From: an uncultured delta proteobacterium
Lineage (GTDB): Bacteria; Myxococcota_A; Polyangia; Polyangiales; Polyangiaceae
Assembly (NCBI GenBank): GCA_963841435.1
Contig: CAWJCS010000003.1
Coordinates: forward strand, 512,001-576,000
Length of the DNA stretch: 64,000 bases
Reading direction: 5' to 3'
Shown: positions 53,514 through 62,731 of the stretch, piece by piece
Layout: the number at the start of each line of letters is the position of its first letter
How positions within the stretch are numbered: the first letter of the stretch is position 1
Translations under genes and position numbers: made by a program
The notes under the pieces: generated by a model
What the model was told of the DNA's origin: nothing
The model's database searches: none
The model's input: only the letters and a program-made list of their open reading frames with translations

Positions 53514-55844
53514 ATGATGTCGACGCGCTTTGGAGGACTCGCAGCGCTCGCCGCTCTGCTGCTTGGCTGTACCGGTTCCATCTCTACGTCCGGTACGGAC
53601 CCTCAAGGTTCTGGCGCGACGGGCTCGGGTGCGACCGGCTCGGGAGCCACGGGCTCCGGTGGCACGGCCTTTGGCACGGGCGGCTCGGACACCGGCACGG
53701 GCGGCACCGAGATGGGTACTGGCGGCTCCGCAGGCACCGTGACGGCCCCGCCGGACGACCCCATCGTCAACATGGAGCCGGTCGGCGTGCGCGCTTACCT
53801 CCGCAAGGTGAAGGGGCTGCTCACGGGTCTCGCTCCCACGGAGGCCGAGGTACAGCAGGTGCTCACCGCCCCCGACGCGAAGGAGGCGCTCAAGGGCCTC
53901 ATCGACGTGTGGACGAGCCCGGATCACCCCGAGTTCTACCCGCTCTTTTACGACAAGATGCTCGTGTTCTTCACGAACACGTTCCAGCAGACGGGCTTCA
54001 CGCCCACCGAGGATTTCAAGCCGCAGCTTCTCGAGAACGGCGGGTTCGATCTCGGCCCGATCGGCGTCTACGGTGACACGGGTTTCTCCCAGCTCGTGCA
54101 GAACCTCCAGCAGAGCTTCGCGCGGACGGCCCTCCACATCATGGAGCAAAATCGGCCGTTTACCGAGGTGCTCAGCACGCGTGAGCTCATGATGACGACG
54201 GCGCTCATGAGCCTGTACATCCAGGTCGAGATGCCGAACGACCAGCCCTTCAATTTCGGGGGCGGCCAGAACCAGCAGAAGCTCGCGTGGAACATCGACA
54301 TGACGGGCGTGGGCGCGAACGGCACCCCCACGGACGCCGATCGCGTCTCGGTCGAGCACCCGATCGAAGAGGCCGTCACGACGATGGTGTTCGACGATCG
54401 CCCGCCTGCGACGGCGAGCGCCAGCTTCGGCAACTTCGGTGGCACCTGCACCCCCGAGATCAAGGCCGAGGCGGGCTACTCGCTCTTGTTCCAGCGCCTG
54501 TTCGGCTACACGCAGCGCACCCCGTTTTCCGCCACCATCGAGTGCATCGAGCACGGGTCGCTCCCCTACTACACGGCGAGCGACCTCAGCGACTGGCGTC
54601 CCGTCACGATCACGCCGGGCGCGGATCACCCGGAGATGTACGATCTGCCGTCTCTTCGCGCGGCAAATGCGATCGGGCTCGCCATGCCGCGCGTCGGCTT
54701 CTTCACGACACCGGCGTATCTCGCGATCTGGCAGACGAACGACAGCAACAAGCACCGCGTGACGGCCAACCAGACCCTGCTCGTCGCGCTCGGCGAGGCG
54801 CTCACGAGCGAGAACGAGTTCACGCCCGTGAGCACGGTGGGCCTGGATGCCGAGCATTCGCCGGACTCGAATCCCGAGTGCTACGGCTGCCACAAGATCC
54901 TCGACCCGATGAAGCAGTTCTGGGAGAGCTACTTCGACTTCAACGACCGCAACGATTTCACGGTGCTGAGCTTCGGCCAGCAGAGCGTCAAGCCGAACCG
55001 CACGGACGGCGGCGCCCTCGCCATCGCCAACGTGAACGCTCCGGGCGCCACGATGGAGGACCTCGGTGGGCTGCTCGCCCAGGTCACGGACACGAACACC
55101 TCGGTGTCGGACGCGGCTCTGCAAACCGTCAACCGCTTCGCCCTCTCGATGGCGCAAAAGCTCTGCTACTACGCCGATTCGGCGGGCTGCGCCGAGGACG
55201 ACCCGGAGTTCCGACGCGTCGTTTTGGCCTTCCAGAACGACAACTTCAGCTTCAAAACGCTGATCCGCGAGCTCCTTTCCTCACCGCTCGTGACGGGTGC
55301 CGCGCCGACGCGCACCTTCGAAGTCCGCAACGTCGTCGTCAGCATCGCCCGCAAGGACCAGCTCTGCCAGGAGCTGTCGAACCGCCTGAACATGCCGGAC
55401 GTGTGCGCGCTCGGCGTGGCCTTCCCGTACTCGACCGGGTTCGGCACGGCGAACGACCCGACGGCGGCGCAGCGCGCGATCTTCCGGCTCGCGGGCAGCA
55501 TGCCGGCCGACGGCTTCAGTCGCGGCTCGGAGATGCCGGTGGCGCTCGCCGATCCGACGCTGTTCTACCGCGCGGCGAGCGAGCTCATCTGCGAGACGGT
55601 GGCGCTCAAGGCCGTGGACGTCGACGGCGCCCCGTACCAGAGCAGCGCCCTCGACGCCTCGCTCGATAGCTTGGTGCAAAACATCATCGGCTACACGTCC
55701 GGCGACGAGAAGTACGCGACGGCCGTGCAGCTCCTGCACGACCACTACAACGAGGCGCTTTCCGGCCACAATGCCACGGCCGCCCTCCAATCGACGTTCT
55801 CCCTGGCGTGCCAATCGCCGACCTCCCTGTCGTTCGGCCTCTGA
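53514..55844 (+). CDS. DUF1588/DUF1585-like lipoprotein with CxxCH
   Basis: Lipobox LLGC; YLRKVKGLLTG, GFFTTPAY, CYGCHKILDP. Confidence 0.7.
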   Translation: MMSTRFGGLAALAALLLGCTGSISTSGTDPQGSGATGSGATGSGATGSGGTAFGTGGSDTGTGGTEMGTGGSAGTVTAPPDDPIVNMEPVGVRAYLRKVKGLLTGLAPTEAEVQQVLTAPDAKEALKGLIDVWTSPDHPEFYPLFYDKMLVFFTNTFQQTGFTPTEDFKPQLLENGGFDLGPIGVYGDTGFSQLVQNLQQSFARTALHIMEQNRPFTEVLSTRELMMTTALMSLYIQVEMPNDQPFNFGGGQNQQKLAWNIDMTGVGANGTPTDADRVSVEHPIEEAVTTMVFDDRPPATASASFGNFGGTCTPEIKAEAGYSLLFQRLFGYTQRTPFSATIECIEHGSLPYYTASDLSDWRPVTITPGADHPEMYDLPSLRAANAIGLAMPRVGFFTTPAYLAIWQTNDSNKHRVTANQTLLVALGEALTSENEFTPVSTVGLDAEHSPDSNPECYGCHKILDPMKQFWESYFDFNDRNDFTVLSFGQQSVKPNRTDGGALAIANVNAPGATMEDLGGLLAQVTDTNTSVSDAALQTVNRFALSMAQKLCYYADSAGCAEDDPEFRRVVLAFQNDNFSFKTLIRELLSSPLVTGAAPTRTFEVRNVVVSIARKDQLCQELSNRLNMPDVCALGVAFPYSTGFGTANDPTAAQRAIFRLAGSMPADGFSRGSEMPVALADPTLFYRAASELICETVALKAVDVDGAPYQSSALDASLDSLVQNIIGYTSGDEKYATAVQLLHDHYNEALSGHNATAALQSTFSLACQSPTSLSFGL

Positions 55845-55855
55845 GAGAGTTAGCC

Positions 55856-57316
55856 ATGACGAATCCGCTTTTTACCCGCCGCAACGCGCTCCTCACCGGG
55901 CTTTTCGGAACCGGTTACGTCGGTATCCGCGCCATGGCCACCGGGCTCCCGGCCTGGTTCGTCGCCAATCCCCAAAAGGCGACCGCGCAGGAGCTCGCCT
56001 GCGCCATCGATGCCAAGGAAAACCTCCAGTACCTCGTCGTCAGCGTCTCGAGCATGGGTGACCCCATCAGCTGCAACTGCCCCGGCACGTACGACGGCGA
56101 GGCAGCCGCGGCCATCCACCCGATGGACGCCACCATGGCGGCGACGCCCGTCGCGTTCGGCTCGCAAACGTACACGGCGGCGCTCCCCTGGTCGACGCTC
56201 TCGGACGCCGTCCGCGCCCGCACGGCGTTCTTCCACCACGTCACGCTCGCCAACAACCACGGCGACCAGCCCAAGGTGATGCGCCTCATGGGCAACACCA
56301 CGAAGGGCGAGATGCTGGTGTCCGCGTATGCGTCGCACCTCTCGGGCTGCTTCGGCACCGTGCAGGCCGAGCCGGTCGCGATCGGCGCGCGCGGCAACGC
56401 GAGCGAGCTCGTGAGCTACAAGGGCCGCTCGCTACCTTCCATTTCGCCGACGCAGCTCCGGCAGCTCCTCACGGGCTCGTCCGGCAGCGGCTTCGGCGGT
56501 GGTGGCGTCCCGGGCGGTGGCAAGAGCCAGACTGGCCCGAGCGTGCTCGTCAACCTACGCACGATCCGCGACAAATACCTCGATCAGCTCAATGAGCTCG
56601 CCAAGACCGACGCCACGGGCGTCCAGAAGAAGTTTCTGGACGCGCTCTCGCAGAGCCAGCAGCAGATCCGCCTGCTCTCCGAGAACCTCGCCGAAACGCT
56701 GGGGTCGATCGGCAACGACGACGTGGAAGGGCAGGCACTCGCGGCGGCGGCGCTCATCTCCGCCAACGTGAGCCCGGTCATCACGATTCGCATCCCGTTC
56801 GGCGGCGACAACCACAGCGACGGCAACCTCGCGACCGAGGTCGCCGACCACACCGACGCGAACACCCGCTTCGCCGGGGTCGCCGGGATCCAGAAGGTGA
56901 TCGACTCGCTCACCGCCATGGGCTTACAAGACAAGGTCACGTTCGCGACGCTGAACGTCTTCGGGCGCAACCTGAACGGCATCTCGAAGACCGAGTCGCG
57001 CTCGGGCCGCGACCACTACGGCAATCACTCCGTTTGCGTCATGATCGGCAAGAACGTGAACCCCGGTGTCTACGGCGGCGTCACCACCGTGAGCGGCGGG
57101 TTCGGCGGCGGCACGGCGCTCGGCGCGGGCGGCCTCGATTCGGCGACGGGCGCGCTCGTGCAAAGCGGAGGCGACGTGCCGCGCGAAGAGACGTTCGTGT
57201 CGATGGCGCGGACGCTCGGCGGTGCCCTCGGCATCCCCCAGGCGACGCTCGATTCGAGCTTCGTCGCGGGATCGGGCGGCAAGGCCGTCGCCGCCGCCGT
57301 GACGAGCCTCACCTGA
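55856..57316 (+). CDS. Tat-exported DUF1501/DUF1552-like protein
   Basis: TRRNALL; GGDNH, NVFGR, GRDH. Confidence 0.7.
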   Translation: MTNPLFTRRNALLTGLFGTGYVGIRAMATGLPAWFVANPQKATAQELACAIDAKENLQYLVVSVSSMGDPISCNCPGTYDGEAAAAIHPMDATMAATPVAFGSQTYTAALPWSTLSDAVRARTAFFHHVTLANNHGDQPKVMRLMGNTTKGEMLVSAYASHLSGCFGTVQAEPVAIGARGNASELVSYKGRSLPSISPTQLRQLLTGSSGSGFGGGGVPGGGKSQTGPSVLVNLRTIRDKYLDQLNELAKTDATGVQKKFLDALSQSQQQIRLLSENLAETLGSIGNDDVEGQALAAAALISANVSPVITIRIPFGGDNHSDGNLATEVADHTDANTRFAGVAGIQKVIDSLTAMGLQDKVTFATLNVFGRNLNGISKTESRSGRDHYGNHSVCVMIGKNVNPGVYGGVTTVSGGFGGGTALGAGGLDSATGALVQSGGDVPREETFVSMARTLGGALGIPQATLDSSFVAGSGGKAVAAAVTSLT

Positions 57317-57680
57317 GCGTGGCCCGGCGCGGCCGCTCACACGGCGCACGCGGTGGTCCCGGTCGAGCGGAACGTCCTCCGGCCGGAGCTCCGCCGCATC
57401 ACCGAGACCGACAGCGTGGTGCGTCACCCGAAGGAGCGCTGCCTCCGTCGAGGAGGCCCCTCGGCGGCGATCCGGAGCTCACCTCGAGCACGGACCCCAT
57501 CGGCGAGCTCGAGGACTACTAGCCCGCGCCCTCGCGCGTTCGAGCGCTACGAGGCCGAGCCGTTCGGCTGGCTGCCGAAGCCGGGCGCGACACTCGGCTT
57601 CCGGACGCGCGGGGGCGGCTACCTGTTTCTCTTCGCACGGTAGCGCGGCGTAACCCCTCGGGTTGCGCTAGATCCGCTGT

Positions 57681-58712
57681 ATGCAAAAGGCGCTGCTCGA
57701 GACCATGCCGCTCGGCTTCCAGTGGGTCACGCAGGATCCTTTCCTTTTCTGCGTGCACCACGACGACGCGTACCCGGCGGGCAACGAAGCGATGGGCCTG
57801 GACCCTAGCCTTCTCGCGGGTCGATCCCTCGGCCAGGATTTCGAGGTGCGCGACGGCTTTCGCATGTACCACGGCGAGGTGGTGCCGGGGTTTCCTCAGC
57901 ACCCCCACCGCGGCTTCGAGACGGTGACCATCGCGCGCCGCGGCCACATCGATCATTCCGACTCGCTCGGCGCGGCGGCGCGCTTCGGCCAGGGCGACGT
58001 GCAGTGGCTCACGGCCGGAGGCGGCATCGTGCACTCGGAAATGTTCCCGCTCATCTCGCCCGACGAGCCGAACCCCGTCGAGCTCTTTCAGATCTGGCTC
58101 AACTTGCCGGCAGCCGACAAGCTCGTGAAGCCCCACTTCACGATGCTCTGGAACAAGGACATTCCGGACGTCGCACACACGGACGCCGGAGGGCGGAAGA
58201 CCTCCGTGCGCATCATCGCGGGCGAGCTCGAGGGCCACCGCGCCCCGCCGCCCCCGCCGCACTCGTGGGCCGCGCGCCCCGACACGGACGTGGCCATTTT
58301 CGCGATTCGCCTCGCGCCGGGCAGCTCGCTCCGCCTGCCGCGCGCCAAGAGCACCGAGGCGGGGCGGGCGCTCTACTTCTTTCGTGGCGGCTCGCTCGAC
58401 GTCTCGGGAGAGACGGTCCATGAGCGCGCCGCGATCGGCGTTGACAGCCAGGTGGACATCGACCTTCGTGCGGGAGACGGCACGGAGGACATAGAGATTC
58501 TCATGCTCCAGGGGCGTCCCATCGGCGAGCCCGTCGCCAACTACGGCCCCTTCGTCATGAACACGCGCGAGGAGCTCGAGCGCGCCGTGCTCGACTACCG
58601 GAGCACGCGGTTCGGCGGCTGGCCCTGGGAGCGCGACGATCCGGTCCACCCCCGCGACGCCGGTCGTTTCGCACGCCACGCCGACGGCCGAGTCGAGCGC
58701 CTGCCCGCCTGA
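57681..58712 (+). CDS. Pirin family protein
   Basis: GFPQHPHRGFET, GIVHSE, QIWLNLP, YGPFVMN. Confidence 0.95.
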   Translation: MQKALLETMPLGFQWVTQDPFLFCVHHDDAYPAGNEAMGLDPSLLAGRSLGQDFEVRDGFRMYHGEVVPGFPQHPHRGFETVTIARRGHIDHSDSLGAAARFGQGDVQWLTAGGGIVHSEMFPLISPDEPNPVELFQIWLNLPAADKLVKPHFTMLWNKDIPDVAHTDAGGRKTSVRIIAGELEGHRAPPPPPHSWAARPDTDVAIFAIRLAPGSSLRLPRAKSTEAGRALYFFRGGSLDVSGETVHERAAIGVDSQVDIDLRAGDGTEDIEILMLQGRPIGEPVANYGPFVMNTREELERAVLDYRSTRFGGWPWERDDPVHPRDAGRFARHADGRVERLPA

Positions 58713-58727
58713 GCGCCGAGCCGCGGG

Positions 58728-60995
58728 TCAGGGGAAGATCGACGCCTTGGCGGCGGTGTTCTGGATGCTCGCGGCGTGGCTCACCATCACCTGCTGTCCC
58801 CACGACGGCGTGAGCCCGCCGCCGAAGTCGTTGACGATGTTGAGCGCCGCCGTGGAGCTGTCGTTCCCGCTCCACGACCAGGCGATGTAGCCCGTGCGGC
58901 GTGACTGGCTCTTCGTGAGGATCTCCTGCCACGCGACGGACTGACCCTGGAGCTCTGGCCCGAACTCGCCCACGATGAACGGCACGCTGGTGCCGATCGC
59001 CGCGTTGTCCAGCACCGTGTCGACGGCGCCGTTCGAGCCGTAGCGATTGTACATGTGGAGGCTGAAAAGCAAGTTGTGCTCCGGGTCGCCACTCGTGAGC
59101 GCGCTCGCGTTGTCGAACAGCGACGCGGCGTTCTGACCGAAGCCGTCGGCGTCGATCACCAGCGTGTGCGCGAGGCCGGCGTTGCGCAGCGTCGTGATGG
59201 CGCTCGCGTAGGCCGACTGGTAGCCGGAGACGTTGTCGGTCGCCCCCCACTCGTTGGCGATGTTGATGAGCACATAGGCGCGGAAATCGAGCAGCACCTG
59301 CTCGATGTCTGCCTGCGTGAAGTAGCTGGCCATGCGCGCGAGATCGGCGGTGACGTTGCTGCCCGTGACGTTGTGGAGCTCCACCATCGGGACCATCTTG
59401 AGCTGCACGATGCGATAGAGAATTTGCCTGAGCAACGCCGCCGAGCCGCCCGTCGTCTCCCAAACGACGCGGATGGTATTGGTCTTGTACGTGGCGATCG
59501 TGTCGAGCGCCTGGTAGGCGCGGTACTGGTTGCCGGTGTCGAACCAGATGTGCGGGTTGTTGACGCCGCGGATCACGAACTCGGCGGCTCTCGCGTCGTA
59601 GAGCTTGCCGCTTTCGGTGTAAAAGCCGTCGTGCGTGGCGCCCGTGACGGCCGGGGGCACGAGCGCCGTGTTGTCGTTCGTCGTGCAGGCGGGCAGGCCC
59701 GTCGACACGCTCGTATCCGGCATCACGCAGGTGGTCTGGAATTCCCAGCTCCATTCCGGATCATCGCCGGGGACGCCGCACTCGCAGACCGCCACGCAGC
59801 CCTCGTCACGCGTGACGCCGGGGCGCTGCACGAGCGCGGGATCGGGTACGGGCTGGCCGGTGATGCAGCCCTGGTTGCACTTGCCCGTCGGCGTGTCGCG
59901 GATGACGCAGCTCGCCTGGTACTCCCAACCCCAATCGGCGGACGCCGTGCTGCTCGGCATGGCTCCCGGCTCGCAGAGCGGAACGCAATCGGACACCATG
60001 TCGCCGTCGCTGTCGACGACGACGCCCTCGAGCCCGCTGCGATCGACGGGCGGCAGCGGTTGCCCCGTGAGGCACGACTGATTGCGCGTCCCGGTCGGGC
60101 TGTCGGGTAGAACGCAGGGCCAGCCTTCGTACGCCCAGTCGTCGGTGAGGTCCGTGTCGTCGGGGTGCTCCGTCAACGTGCAGAGCGGCACGCAGCCGAG
60201 CGTCCCCATGTCGTCGACCGAGACGACGACGCCGACGCTGCCGTCCGGCGCCACCCCGCTGGATCCGCCGCTACCCCCGGAGCCGCCCGTCCCCGCGCCG
60301 CCAGCGGCGCCACCCGTGCCAAGAGCGCTGCACACCCCGCCGACGCAGGGTTGCCCGGTACCGCACGCCATGCCGCAACCGCCACAGTGCGCGGCGTTCG
60401 ACATGGGATCGACGCACTGCCCGGCACAGAACAGCTGCCCCGCCGTGGCGCACGTGCAAGCCCCCCCGACGCAGCTGCTCCCCGTCGGGCACGTGTTGTT
60501 GCACGTGCCGCAGTGGACGACCGACGTCTGCGTATCGACGCAGCTCGAGCCGCAGGTGACGAGGTCCGAAGGGCACGTCATGACACAGCCGCCGCGCGCG
60601 CACAGAAGGCCGAGGCCGCACGCGTTGTCGCAGCTGCCGCAATTCTGGCCGTCGGCCTGGGTGTCGACACAGCCCGTCGCACACGCCGTGAGCTGCCCCG
60701 TGCAGGTGCACGTGGAGCCAGCGCACGCCTGACCCGTGCCGCAAGCGTGCCGGCAAGCCCCGCAGTTCGCCGCATCCGACGTCACGTCGATGCACATGCC
60801 GCCGCAGAGATCGGAGCCAATCGCGCAGGAGCCCGTCGTTCCACCGGCCCCTGCCGTACCGCCGCTGCCGCCGCTGCCCGAGTCAGCGCTCGAATCGGCG
60901 GCAGGCGTACATCCGATGGCGGCAGCGACGGCTGCCACGCCAAGAGTCAGGCGCACGAAGCGAAGGTGGAGGAACGACGAAGGCCGAGCACGCAT
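58728..60995 (-). CDS. GH5 endo-beta-mannanase-like lipoprotein with Cys-rich repeats and CBM10-like modules
   Basis: FVIRGVN, INIANEWG, FSLHMY, IVGEFG, AWSWSGN; repeats DxxNCGxCxxAC; WGWE..C. Confidence 0.85.
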   Translation of the reverse strand: MRARPSSFLHLRFVRLTLGVAAVAAAIGCTPAADSSADSGSGGSGGTAGAGGTTGSCAIGSDLCGGMCIDVTSDAANCGACRHACGTGQACAGSTCTCTGQLTACATGCVDTQADGQNCGSCDNACGLGLLCARGGCVMTCPSDLVTCGSSCVDTQTSVVHCGTCNNTCPTGSSCVGGACTCATAGQLFCAGQCVDPMSNAAHCGGCGMACGTGQPCVGGVCSALGTGGAAGGAGTGGSGGSGGSSGVAPDGSVGVVVSVDDMGTLGCVPLCTLTEHPDDTDLTDDWAYEGWPCVLPDSPTGTRNQSCLTGQPLPPVDRSGLEGVVVDSDGDMVSDCVPLCEPGAMPSSTASADWGWEYQASCVIRDTPTGKCNQGCITGQPVPDPALVQRPGVTRDEGCVAVCECGVPGDDPEWSWEFQTTCVMPDTSVSTGLPACTTNDNTALVPPAVTGATHDGFYTESGKLYDARAAEFVIRGVNNPHIWFDTGNQYRAYQALDTIATYKTNTIRVVWETTGGSAALLRQILYRIVQLKMVPMVELHNVTGSNVTADLARMASYFTQADIEQVLLDFRAYVLINIANEWGATDNVSGYQSAYASAITTLRNAGLAHTLVIDADGFGQNAASLFDNASALTSGDPEHNLLFSLHMYNRYGSNGAVDTVLDNAAIGTSVPFIVGEFGPELQGQSVAWQEILTKSQSRRTGYIAWSWSGNDSSTAALNIVNDFGGGLTPSWGQQVMVSHAASIQNTAAKASIFP

Positions 60996-61147
60996 GAATC
61001 CGACGCCCAGCTTAAGCGGTTTAGCCCACGGGCGCTGCCCAAATCAGGCCACGAACGGCCGCGTGGCAAATCTACGCTCGCGGCGGAGCCCGCACCGCGC
61101 GGCGCGCTCCGCCCGCCCGCTGCGAGGACTTGCCGACGCAAAGGACG

Positions 61148-61744
61148 CTAACGCTGCTTCGCCCGCTTCGCCCGCTTCGCCCGCTTCGCCCGCTTCGCCC
61201 GCACCGGACGCGCCGCACGGGGCGCTGGCCGCCCGGAGGGAACAGCTGGTCGTGGTGCGGCCGTCTTCGGGCCGGCCTGAGCGCTACGCCGGCTCGACGA
61301 CGACACGCGCTTCGGCGTGGCGCGTCCCGACGTCTTCGCTCCCGTGGTCGGCGCCACGCGCGACGTGCCACGCGAGACGCGCGACGCACCTTCCTTCCAT
61401 GCGCACCAAGCGCGAACGATGGTCTCGATGGCGGCGCGATTCGCGTTCACGTCCGCGAGACCCGCGAGCTTGAGCGTGCGCGCCGTGCCGCCCGTGCCCT
61501 CGAGCTTCGGGTGTTTGCCGGGAATGTGCGCCCCCGTGTGAAAGAGCACGCTGACGTGCTTCTTGGACTTGGGGTTGATGCTCGCGAGATTCCCCTGGAA
61601 GATGAACGTCGGGCACTGCCACTTCATGCACTCTTGCATGCGGCGATCGGTGCCGAGCACGATCGCGCGCACCCGGAGGATGGCGTCCTTGAGGGGGTGA
61701 TCCAAGCGCCCGAGCCAGGCGCGGACCTCGGCGTTCTCTCCCAT
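61148..61744 (-). CDS. DUF1801 (YdhG-like) protein with basic tail
   Basis: ECMKWQCPTF, LFHTGA, LEG; tail (RAK)n. Confidence 0.8.
   Translation of the reverse strand: MGENAEVRAWLGRLDHPLKDAILRVRAIVLGTDRRMQECMKWQCPTFIFQGNLASINPKSKKHVSVLFHTGAHIPGKHPKLEGTGGTARTLKLAGLADVNANRAAIETIVRAWCAWKEGASRVSRGTSRVAPTTGAKTSGRATPKRVSSSSRRSAQAGPKTAAPRPAVPSGRPAPRAARPVRAKRAKRAKRAKRAKQR
61156..61200. repeat. 9-bp tandem repeat x5
   Basis: (GCTTCGCCC)5, encoding RAK repeats on the minus strand. Confidence 0.95.
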
Positions 61745-61898
61745 GACCACAGCGTAAGGCATTGCGCGGCTGGGCTTCCAGCCGTGACGCAATGCGGCGA
61801 TTTTTGCGCGTCGAGGGTCAATCGATGCGCGCCGTCAGGCCAAAATGACCGAAGCCTGACCGGACTAACCGGCACCGGGACGCTAGGGTTTGGCGGCA

Positions 61899-62720
61899 AT
61901 GGCGCTGATTCTGACGTTCTTCATCGGTCACTGGCTCGCTTCGGTGTTCTGCCAGACGTTCTTTTTGCATCGCTATGGCGCGCACCGGCAGTTCGAGCTT
62001 TCGCCCGGCTGGCGGCGCTTCTTCCATCTGTTCACCTACGTCGCCCAAGGCCCGAGCTACCTCGACCCGCGCGCGTACGCGATTCTGCACCGGATGCATC
62101 ACGCCTACAGCGACACCGAGCAGGATCCGCACTCGCCCGTTTACGAGCCGAACGTATTCAAGATGATGTGGGCCACGAAGCTTCGTTACGACGACTTCGC
62201 CTACGACCGGGCCGAGCCCGAGGCGCGTTTCGACGGTGGAGTTCCGGAATGGCCCTTCGTGGACAATCTCGCGCAGTCGTGGCCGATGCGCCTCGTGTGG
62301 TGCGCTGCCTATACGGCGTTCTACATCGCGTTCGCGCCGAGCGCTTGGTGGTTCGTCCTGCTCCCCGCGCACTACCTCATGGGTCCGATTCACGGCGCGA
62401 TCGTCAATTATGCAGGTCACCGCTTCGGTTACCGCAACTATGACTCTCCCGACCGCTCGGTGAACGCCCTGCCGATCGACTTCGTGACGCTCGGCGAGCT
62501 GTTCCAGAACAACCATCACCAGTTCGCGATGAGCCCGAACTTCGCGGTGCGCCGCTTCGAGCTCGACCCCGCGTACCTGGTCATCCGCGTGCTCGCGGCG
62601 CTCGGCATCGTGAAGAACCTGAGCGAGCAGCGCGGCCGCTACCCGCTCCAGCGCCAACCCGACGCGCTCGCCCCCGCTCCCGCCTTCGCCGACGGTCCTG
62701 CCGAAGCACCCGGCGGCTGA
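61899..62720 (+). CDS. Acyl-CoA/acyl-lipid (delta9-type) desaturase
   Basis: His boxes HRYGAH, HRMHH, NNHH; DPHSP. Confidence 0.92.
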   Translation: MALILTFFIGHWLASVFCQTFFLHRYGAHRQFELSPGWRRFFHLFTYVAQGPSYLDPRAYAILHRMHHAYSDTEQDPHSPVYEPNVFKMMWATKLRYDDFAYDRAEPEARFDGGVPEWPFVDNLAQSWPMRLVWCAAYTAFYIAFAPSAWWFVLLPAHYLMGPIHGAIVNYAGHRFGYRNYDSPDRSVNALPIDFVTLGELFQNNHHQFAMSPNFAVRRFELDPAYLVIRVLAALGIVKNLSEQRGRYPLQRQPDALAPAPAFADGPAEAPGG

Positions 62721-62731
62721 TCGCACGACAC

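Noticed and set aside
57353-57643. 96-aa ORF between the Tat protein and pirin
   Set aside because: No recognisable motif or RBS; may be a gene remnant, but it cannot be supported.
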